From Rhodobacter capsulatus SB 1003 (GTDB lineage Bacteria; Pseudomonadota; Alphaproteobacteria; Rhodobacterales; Rhodobacteraceae): a stretch of 32,000 nt of DNA. The stretch lies in contig NC_014034.1 of NCBI RefSeq assembly GCF_000021865.1, positions 1,260,001 to 1,292,000 on the forward strand. The letters are read 5' to 3'. The position numbers and the translations under genes are program-made. Every line of letters begins with the position of its first letter. Position 1 is the first letter of the stretch. The notes under the pieces are model-generated. The model searched no databases, had not been told where the DNA came from, and was given only the letters and a program-made list of their open reading frames with translations. Shown one piece after another: positions 16,301-22,651 of the stretch.

Positions 16301-16778
16301 CCTTGAGCATCAGGGGATAGCCGATCTCGGCCGCCTCGCGCTTGATCGCGTCGAAATCCTCGCCCAGAACTTCGGTCGCGGGAATGACCGGCACGCCCGC
16401 CGCCATCGCCACCTTGCGCGCCGAGGCCTTGTCGCCCAAAGCCCGCATCGTCGCCGCTTTCGGGCCGATGAAAGTGATGCCCTCGCGGTCGCAAGCCTCG
16501 ACGAATTCGGGGTTTTCCGACAAAAGCCCATAGCCCGGGTGGATCGCGTCGGCGCCCGACTCTTTCGCCACGCGGATGATTTCGTCGATCGACAGATAGG
16601 CGCCCACCGGCGACAGCCCCGCGCCGATGCGGTAAGCCTCGTCGGATTTGAAGCGGTGCAGGCTGAGCTTGTCTTCCTCGGCATAGACGGCGACCGTCTT
16701 CTTGCCCAGTTCATTCGCAGCGCGCAGCACGCGGATGGCAATCTCGCCGCGGTTTGCGACCAGAATCTTTTCGAACAT
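13344..16778 (-). CDS. pyc: Pyruvate carboxylase (single-chain, biotin-dependent)
   Basis: Start chosen at MFEKILVANRGEIAIRV (ATG at 16778, with GGGGAG RBS). It contains a biotin carboxylase domain, a carboxyltransferase domain (HFHTHDTSG) and a C-terminal biotinyl site EAMKME. About 1144 aa. Confidence 0.93.
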   Translation of the reverse strand: MFEKILVANRGEIAIRVLRAANELGKKTVAVYAEEDKLSLHRFKSDEAYRIGAGLSPVGAYLSIDEIIRVAKESGADAIHPGYGLLSENPEFVEACDREGITFIGPKAATMRALGDKASARKVAMAAGVPVIPATEVLGEDFDAIKREAAEIGYPLMLKASWGGGGRGMRPILGPDELVEKVREGRREAEAAFGNGEGYLEKMILRARHVEVQLLGDSHGGLYHLYERDCTVQRRNQKVVERAPAPYLTEAQRAEVCALALKIGNAVGYQNAGTVEFLMDMDTSKFYFIEVNPRVQVEHTVTEQVTGIDIVQSQIRIAEGATLAEATGVADQSGVKLNGHALQCRVTTEDPQNNFIPDYGRLTAYRSATGMGIRLDGGTAYAGGVITRYYDSLLVKVTAWAQNPDQAIKRMDRALREFRIRGVSTNIDFVINLLKHPTFLDMSYTTKFIDTTPDLFAFKKRRDRATKILTYIADISVNGHPETAGRPKPAAEAKPPRLPALRGPVVPGTRDRLDRDGPKAVADWMRDQKKLLITDTTMRDGHQSLLATRMRSIDMIKAAPVYAANLPGLFSVECWGGATFDVAYRFLQECPWQRLRDIRARMPNILTQMLLRASNGVGYTNYPDNVVQFFVAQAAKSGVDVFRVFDSLNWVENMRVAMDAVVEANKICEGTICYTGDILNPDRAKYDLNYYVGMAKELEAAGAHVLGLKDMAGLLKPAAARALVKALKEEVGLPIHFHTHDTSGIAGATVLAAAEAGVDAVDAAMDAFSGGTSQPCLGSIVEAMAHTERDTGLDIAAIRALSNYWEGVRHQYAAFESGLEAPASEVYLHEMPGGQFTNLKAQARSLGLEERWHEVAQAYADANQIFGDIVKVTPSSKVVGDMALMMVAQNLTKDDVLNPAKDMAFPDSVVDMLRGNLGQPPGGWPEAIVAKVLKGETPSTDRPGKHLPPVDLEAVRTKLSAEMEGRAVDDEDLAGYLMYPKVFLDYMGRHRVYGPVRTLPTPVFFYGMAPGSEISAEIDPGKTLEIRLQTVGETDETGDAKVFFELNGQPRAVRVPNRQVKAATKAKPKADPANPGHVGAPMPGSIAAVAVTVGQKLRPGDLMLTIEAMKMETGLHADREATVKALHVAPGAQIDAKDLLIELE

Positions 16779-16953
16779 CTGAGATCTCCCCGAAAACGCA
16801 GCCCGCAAAGCGGGAGGTCAGGGCGAAACCTAACGGCGCCGCAACGCGGCGCAAGGCAAAACTTGCGAAATCGGGCAAATTAACTGGCCAATTTCGCGAT
16901 GTTTGCAAAGCCCTGTCGTTTCCGATCCGCCGTTGGACGCTTTGGGCGCGGCG

Positions 16954-18738
16954 CTATTTCCAGCAGGCGATCTGCGCGGTGACCCCCTGCGCCAGCGCCG
17001 AGATGTCTTCGGCCGCCAGCGTGCCGCCCGGCTCGGCGGCGCGCGGCGCGAAGCCCTGCGCCGCCAGCACCGGCACCAGCGCCGAGGTCTGCACCGCCAC
17101 CGTCATCTCGGGCGGCAAAAGCCTGGCCGTCTCGCCGCCCTGCGGCAGCACCATGCCGAAAACCGCCCCCGCGCCATCCAGAACCGGCCCGCCGACATCG
17201 CCCGGCAGCGTCTTCACGGCCAGCCGCGCCCGTTCGGGCTCGCCCGCAAGCCCGGTCAGATCGGACAGGGTGCCAAAGCTGACGACCGGGGCCGAGAGCG
17301 CCTCGGGGTAAGAAAAGCCCGCGACGGCCAGCGCCGCGCCGCGCCCGGCGGTGACGGTCTCGAACCGGGCCACGGCGGGCGGGGCCAGGGGGGCGAGCGG
17401 TTGCAGAACCGCGATGCCAAGACCCGGATCGGCAAAGGCGATCTTTGCCGGGGCGCCCTCGATCGTGAGCTTGCCGCAGGCCGACAGCCCCTCGGCCGCG
17501 GTCAGCACCGCGCCCTTGGCGTCGATGAAAAGCCCTGAACGGGCAAATTCCGGGTGCCGCACGTCCAGCCCCGCGATCAGATCGGCGCGCCCCACCGCCA
17601 TCGGCTGACCCAAAGTCGGATCGAGCGCGGTGTCGCCCAGCGGCTTGAAGCTTGTCTTCATCGCCGCCAGCACCCGCGCCATCCGCGGCGCGTCGGCGGC
17701 GGGATAGACCAGCGTGAAGCCCTTGATCAGCCCCTTCGAGAGCGTCACCTCGGTCACGGAATGGATCTGCGCATCCTCGCCCACCAGCGAAAAGCCGGTC
17801 TTGCCGCGTTCGCGCGGGCCGTTCGGGGGCACGATCTCCAGCGTCGCCATCGCGTCGTAAAGCCCGTAAAGCGTGTTCTGATCGCCCGGTTCGGAAATCA
17901 AAAGCACCCGCACGCCGGAATTGCCCCTGGCGCGGTAATGCACGAAGGGCGGGTCGTAATGGTCGAATTCGACCAGCCCCAGCGGCAGGTCGATGGCGAT
18001 CCCGGCTTTCGTTTCCTCGACGGAGGTGATGCCCAGAGCCGATTTCTCGGTCATCACCGTGCCCAGAAGCTCTGTCAGCTCGGCCGATTTCAGCACGCCC
18101 GTCGGCTCGAAGCCGTGGCTGTCCTGCCAGGCGGCGATCGAGGCCCGGGTGCCGCGCCCGAAAGCGCCATCGACGCCGCCGGTGTAAACGCCCACCCATT
18201 CCAGGGCTTCCTGAATCTTCATCCGCCCCTCGCGGCCCATCGCCTCCTCGGCGCGGCGCGCATCGTCCAGGGTCTCGACCGGCGGGGGCGCCAGTTCGGG
18301 CGCCGGTTCCGCGGTCGGCCCGGGCGCCGGGGCGGGGGAGGGCGCGGCCGGGGTTTCGGCCGCTTCCGGCGGCCAGAACTGCGCCCGGTAGCGGGTGGCG
18401 TCGGCGACATAGCTGTCGGCCGGGATCGCGCCCGCGTTGCGCAGCTGCCGCAGCGCCTCGGCGGCGATTTCGGGCGTGTCATAGGGGCCAAGCGCCAGGC
18501 CATACCAGCCGCCCGGCAGGGTGAAGCCCGCCGCATCGGGGAAGCTGGCCGACAGATCGCGCAGCCGCATCTGCGCCTGATCAAGCGTCGGCAGCGCCTC
18601 GATCTGCACCCAGGCGGTCTCTGCCGCCGCCAGACCGGGCGCCACACTGGCCGCGACACTGGCCGCCAGAGAGGCCCAGAGCGTCAGCGTCATCCCCCGC
18701 ATGCCCGCGCGCCGCGCCGACCGTTTCCCCGCCCCCAT
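16954..18738 (-). CDS. Secreted SPOR-like / peptidoglycan-binding protein with a C-terminal trypsin-like domain lacking the catalytic triad
   Basis: Signal peptide (MGAGKRSARRAG...APGLAAAE). A SPOR-like segment (WVQIEALPTLDQAQ...GWYGLALGPYDTPEIAAEAL). A Pro/Ala linker. A PG_binding_1-like segment (IQEALEWVGVYTGGVDGAFGRGTRASIAAWQ). C-terminal S1-like motifs read VLTAAEG, LGIAVLQ and GDVGGP. AGGGGG RBS. Confidence 0.7.
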   Translation of the reverse strand: MGAGKRSARRAGMRGMTLTLWASLAASVAASVAPGLAAAETAWVQIEALPTLDQAQMRLRDLSASFPDAAGFTLPGGWYGLALGPYDTPEIAAEALRQLRNAGAIPADSYVADATRYRAQFWPPEAAETPAAPSPAPAPGPTAEPAPELAPPPVETLDDARRAEEAMGREGRMKIQEALEWVGVYTGGVDGAFGRGTRASIAAWQDSHGFEPTGVLKSAELTELLGTVMTEKSALGITSVEETKAGIAIDLPLGLVEFDHYDPPFVHYRARGNSGVRVLLISEPGDQNTLYGLYDAMATLEIVPPNGPRERGKTGFSLVGEDAQIHSVTEVTLSKGLIKGFTLVYPAADAPRMARVLAAMKTSFKPLGDTALDPTLGQPMAVGRADLIAGLDVRHPEFARSGLFIDAKGAVLTAAEGLSACGKLTIEGAPAKIAFADPGLGIAVLQPLAPLAPPAVARFETVTAGRGAALAVAGFSYPEALSAPVVSFGTLSDLTGLAGEPERARLAVKTLPGDVGGPVLDGAGAVFGMVLPQGGETARLLPPEMTVAVQTSALVPVLAAQGFAPRAAEPGGTLAAEDISALAQGVTAQIACWK

Positions 18739-18844
18739 GCTGCCCCCTGCACTTTTTCGCCCCGCATTTCGCGCAAACTAACAGGATGCGCGCCCGCGTC
18801 ACCCCCCAATCGCGGCATTTTCCGCCCCGCAAGGCGGCATCCGG

Positions 18845-18873
18845 TTGACCCTGTTGCGCCCCTTGCCTAGAGA
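18845..18873 (+). promoter_or_regulatory. Candidate sigma70-type promoter for glyQ
   Basis: TTGACC (18845-18850), a 17-nt spacer, then TAGAGA (18868-18873), about 30 bp upstream of the glyQ ATG. Sequence pattern only. Confidence 0.3.
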
Positions 18874-18902
18874 GGGGGCGTTTCGCTCTCAAGGTCGGTG
18901 AC

Positions 18903-19841
18903 ATGGAAAAACCTGCTGCGCCCCGCTCGTTTCAGGAGATCATCCTGCGGCTGATGACCTATTGGTCCTCCAAGGGCTGCGCGGTCCTGCAGCCCTATGA
19001 CATGGAGGTCGGCGCGGGCACCTTCCACCCCGCCACCACCCTGCGCAGCCTCGGCCACCAGCCTTGGGCCGCGGCCTATGTGCAGCCCTCGCGCCGGCCG
19101 ACTGATGGCCGCTATGGCGAGAACCCGAACCGGCTGCAGCATTATTATCAATATCAGGTGCTGATCAAACCGAGCCCGCCGGATCTGCAGGCGCTTTACC
19201 TCGGCTCGCTGGAAGCCATCGGCATCGATCTGGGCCTGCATGACATCCGTTTCGTCGAGGATGACTGGGAAAGCCCGACGCTCGGCGCCTGGGGGCTGGG
19301 CTGGGAGGTCTGGTGCGACGGCATGGAAGTGTCGCAATTCACCTATTTCCAGCAGGTCGGCGGGCATGATTGCAAGCCGGTCTCGGGCGAGCTGACTTAT
19401 GGTCTCGAACGTCTGGCCATGTATGTGCTGGGCATCGATCACGTCATGGACATGCCCTTCAACGATCCGTCTTCGCCGATCCCGCTGAAATACGGCGATA
19501 TCTTCCGCCAGACCGAGGAAGAATATTCCCGCCACAATTTCGACGGCGCGAATACCGAGGTGCTCTTGCAGCATTTCCTCGATGCCGAGGCGGAATGCGA
19601 ACGGCTTTTGTCCTTCCCGGCCGAGGATCCGAATTCCGGCAAGCGCATCGTGATGGCGCATCCGGCCTATGACCAGTGCATCAAGGCCAGCCACCTCTTC
19701 AACCTGCTCGATGCGCGGGGGGTGATTTCGGTGACCGAACGGCAGGCCTATATCGGCCGTGTCCGGGCGCTCGCCAAGAAATGCGCCGATGCCTTCGTCA
19801 CCACCACCGCGGGCGGCTGGCGGCCGGAGGCGCAGGCGTGA
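18903..19841 (+). CDS. glyQ: Glycine--tRNA ligase alpha subunit
   Basis: Highly conserved GlyQ sequence ([73 protein letters not shown]). Confidence 0.95.
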   Translation: MEKPAAPRSFQEIILRLMTYWSSKGCAVLQPYDMEVGAGTFHPATTLRSLGHQPWAAAYVQPSRRPTDGRYGENPNRLQHYYQYQVLIKPSPPDLQALYLGSLEAIGIDLGLHDIRFVEDDWESPTLGAWGLGWEVWCDGMEVSQFTYFQQVGGHDCKPVSGELTYGLERLAMYVLGIDHVMDMPFNDPSSPIPLKYGDIFRQTEEEYSRHNFDGANTEVLLQHFLDAEAECERLLSFPAEDPNSGKRIVMAHPAYDQCIKASHLFNLLDARGVISVTERQAYIGRVRALAKKCADAFVTTTAGGWRPEAQA

Positions 19842-20248
19842 CACCGCTTCTGCCTGTCGCGGCCACGCTGGCGCTGGTCTCGGGCGCGGTCGCCCCGGCG
19901 CCCGCCGAGGTGGCGCTGACCGCGGTCGAAACCGGCCGTCCCGAGCCGATCCTGACTGAGGACTGGCAGGCCGGGCCGGGGGCGGCGGGCTGCTTTCGCA
20001 CGCCCTTGTCGCTGGCGCTTCTGACCGAGACCTTCGCGCTTTATGACGCCGCCGAGCCGCGGCCCGTGCCGCAGGCGCCCGCCTGTTTCGACGCCGCGCG
20101 GATCGGCGCCGATCTGGCCGCGGGCACGGCGGTGGCCTTCCTCGGCGCGCGCAACATCACCCCCGGCGTCGATCGCGTCGTCGCCGTCTATCCCGATGGC
20201 CGGGCCTATGTCTGGCAGCAACCGAATGACCTTGCGGGGAAAAACTGA
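19838..20248 (+). CDS. Hypothetical small exported protein wedged between glyQ and glyS
   Basis: The GTG at 19838 overlaps the glyQ stop (GTGA), and the ORF stops 1 nt before the glyS ATG. N-terminal hydrophobic segment [23 protein letters not shown]. Third-position GC is strong throughout. Two Cys residues. No family recognised. Confidence 0.6.
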   Translation: MTPLLPVAATLALVSGAVAPAPAEVALTAVETGRPEPILTEDWQAGPGAAGCFRTPLSLALLTETFALYDAAEPRPVPQAPACFDAARIGADLAAGTAVAFLGARNITPGVDRVVAVYPDGRAYVWQQPNDLAGKN

Positions 20249-20249
20249 C

Positions 20250-22514
20250 ATGCCCGAACTGCTGATCGAACTTTTCTCGGAAGAAATCCCGGCGCGCATG
20301 CAGGCGATGGCCCGCGACACCCTGCGCAAGATGGTCACCGACGGTCTGGTCGAGGCCGGTCTGACCTATGGCCATGCGCAGGCGTTTTCGACCCCGCGCC
20401 GTCTGGTGCTGGTGCTTGACGGGCTGTCGACCGAAAGCCCGACGCTCCGCGAAGAACGCAAGGGCCCGGCGACGACCGCGCCCGAGGCTGCGCTGCAGGG
20501 CTTTTTGCGCTCCACGGGCCTGACGCTCGATCAGCTGGAAAAGCGCGACGACAAGAAGGGCCAGGTCTGGTTCGCGGTGATCGAAAAGCCCGGCCGAGCC
20601 GCGCCGGAAATCGTCGCCGAGGTGCTGGAAAAGACGATCCGCAGCTTCCCCTGGCCGAAGTCGATGCGCTGGGGCAATGGCACGCTGAAATGGGTGCGCC
20701 CGCTGCATTCGATCCTGTGCCTTCTGTCCGACGACACCGGGGCTTCGGTCGTCGATCTGGACATCGACTGCATCAAGGCGGGCGCCACCACGGCCGGGCA
20801 TCGCTTCATGGCGCCGGACCGGTTCACGGTCACCGGCTTTGCCGATTACGCCGCGAAGCTGAAAGCGGCCAAGGTGGTGCTGGACAGCGCCGAGCGCGAG
20901 GCGATGATCTGGCACGACGCGACGCAGCTGGCTTTCGCGCAGGGGCTGGAACTGGTCGAGGACAGGGGTCTTTTGACCGAGGTCGCGGGGCTTGTCGAAT
21001 TCCCCGTCGCGCTGATGGGCGCGATTGCCGAGGACTTCCTGCATCTGCCGCCCGAGGTGCTGCAAACCTCGATGCGCGAACATCAGAAGTTCTTCTCGGT
21101 TCGAAGCCCTAAAACCGGCCGGATCGAGGGCTTTGTGACCGTCGCCAACCGCGAAACCGCGGATCATGGCGCGACGATCCTCAAGGGCAACCTGAAGGTG
21201 CTGTCGGCGCGGCTGTCGGACGCGCGCTTCTTCTGGGAACACGACCTGCGGGTGGTGAAGACCGAGGGGCTGGAGGGCATGGGCGCCGGGCTGGCGAACG
21301 TGACCTTCCACAACAAGCTCGGCTCGCAAAAGGCCCGGATCGACCGCATCGCTGCCCTGGCGCGCGAGATTGCGCCGCTTGTGAAGGCCGACCCGGATCA
21401 GGCCGAAAAAGCCGCGCTGGTGGTGAAATCCGATCTGCGCTCGGCCATGGTCGGGGAATTCCCGGAACTGCAGGGGCTGATGGGCAGCTATTACGCCCGC
21501 GCGCAGGGCCTGCCCGAGGAGATCGCCACGGCCTGCAAGGGCCATTACTCGCCGCTCGGTCCGTCGGACGCCGTGCCGTCGGAGCCGGTGACAGTGGCGG
21601 TGGCGCTGGCGGACAAGATCGACACGCTGACCGGCTTCTGGGCGATCGACGAGAAACCCACGGGCTCGAAAGACCCCTTCGCGCTCCGCCGCGCCGCGCT
21701 GGGCGTGATCCGGCTGGTGCTGGGGAATGGGCTGCGGATGGGGTTGGAGCGTGTAATCAGCAAGATTTTCACTCAACGAGCGAACATCGCAACGCTTGGA
21801 GATTGGGTGCGAGAAACCGAGCTGGAGCAAGAAGAGACCAAATCGGCGCTGTATGAGGCCCTTATAAATGAAGATTTGGCTTCTTACGCAGAAGGACACG
21901 AAGCGAAGCTGGCCGAGCTAGCCTCGTCGTTCTTTGGGGGTGTTAAGCCCACTCCCAGCAAGCATCATGGGCAAGCTCGTCAATCCTCGTCCGACCTCCT
22001 CTCCTTCTTCCATGACCGTCTCAAGGTCTTCCTGAAGGACGAGGGCATCCGCCACGATGTCATCGACGCCGTTCTGGCCATGCCCGGCAATGACGACCTG
22101 ACGCTGGTGGTGAAACGGGCCGAGGCGCTCAGCGCCTTCCTCAAGACCGAGGACGGGACCAACCTCATTCAGGGCTTCAAGCGCGCCAACAACATCCTGA
22201 CCCAGGCCGAGGCCAAGGATGGGGTCGAATACAGCTTCGGCGCCGATGTGAAATTCGCCGAAGTGGACGCGGAACGCGCCCTTTTCGCCGCGCTCGATGC
22301 CGCCGAAGCGGCGCTCGCCCCGGCGATGCAGTCCGAGGATTTCGCCACGGCCATGGCCGAAATGGCGAAGCTGCGCGCCCCCATCGACGCCTTCTTCACC
22401 GCGGTGCAGATCAACGCCGAAAACCCGATCGTGCGGCGCAACCGGCTCAACCTGCTCTCGCGCATCCGGCAGATCTGCCAAAGCGTCGCCGATCTGACGA
22501 AACTCGACGGCTGA
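20250..22514 (+). CDS. glyS: Glycine--tRNA ligase beta subunit (with a lineage-atypical insertion)
   Basis: MPELLIELFSEEIPARMQ start. Conserved GlyS blocks are present (FSTPRRLVL, WPKSMRWG, KFFSVR, DPFALRRAALGVIRL, RRNRLNLL). At 754 aa it is longer than the approximately 690-aa E. coli protein. Confidence 0.93.
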   Translation: MPELLIELFSEEIPARMQAMARDTLRKMVTDGLVEAGLTYGHAQAFSTPRRLVLVLDGLSTESPTLREERKGPATTAPEAALQGFLRSTGLTLDQLEKRDDKKGQVWFAVIEKPGRAAPEIVAEVLEKTIRSFPWPKSMRWGNGTLKWVRPLHSILCLLSDDTGASVVDLDIDCIKAGATTAGHRFMAPDRFTVTGFADYAAKLKAAKVVLDSAEREAMIWHDATQLAFAQGLELVEDRGLLTEVAGLVEFPVALMGAIAEDFLHLPPEVLQTSMREHQKFFSVRSPKTGRIEGFVTVANRETADHGATILKGNLKVLSARLSDARFFWEHDLRVVKTEGLEGMGAGLANVTFHNKLGSQKARIDRIAALAREIAPLVKADPDQAEKAALVVKSDLRSAMVGEFPELQGLMGSYYARAQGLPEEIATACKGHYSPLGPSDAVPSEPVTVAVALADKIDTLTGFWAIDEKPTGSKDPFALRRAALGVIRLVLGNGLRMGLERVISKIFTQRANIATLGDWVRETELEQEETKSALYEALINEDLASYAEGHEAKLAELASSFFGGVKPTPSKHHGQARQSSSDLLSFFHDRLKVFLKDEGIRHDVIDAVLAMPGNDDLTLVVKRAEALSAFLKTEDGTNLIQGFKRANNILTQAEAKDGVEYSFGADVKFAEVDAERALFAALDAAEAALAPAMQSEDFATAMAEMAKLRAPIDAFFTAVQINAENPIVRRNRLNLLSRIRQICQSVADLTKLDG

Positions 22515-22536
22515 TTTCATCTTGCCCAAAATACCT

Positions 22537-22558
22537 CCGCCGGAGGCTCCTCCGGCGG
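22537..22558 (+). terminator. GC-rich hairpin after glyS (possible terminator, no U-tract)
   Basis: CCGCCGGAGG (22537-22546) pairs with CCTCCGGCGG (22549-22558). An upstream CCTCC (22534-22538) could pair alternatively with GGAGG. It lies 23 nt after the glyS stop. Confidence 0.4.
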
Positions 22559-22651
22559 CGACAGGCACGAAGGTCTGACAGACGCGCCCCAAGGTCACGC
22601 TTGCGCCTGTCACAATTCGGCCTATCCTGCTGACGTCAGGGAATTGCCGCA

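Noticed and set aside
21747-21992. The glyS insertion as an intein or a mobile-element remnant.
   Set aside because: At about 66-84 aa it is far too short for an intein. There are no Cys/Ser/Thr plus His-Asn splice-junction residues and no endonuclease or transposase motifs. It is reported only as a compositional and in-frame insertion anomaly.
22630-22639. Perfect short palindromes: CTGACGTCAG (22630-22639, just upstream of the PPDK-like gene), CATGCGCGCATG (26147-26158) and GTTTGCAAAC (12121-12130). The shared 9-mer GTTTGCAAA at 12121 and 16901 was also noted.
   Set aside because: Perfect 10-12 bp palindromes and a single repeated 9-mer are expected several times by chance in 32 kb on two strands (about 32000 x 4^-5 and 32000 x 4^-6). 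I could match none to a specific regulator consensus. They are mentioned only as context.
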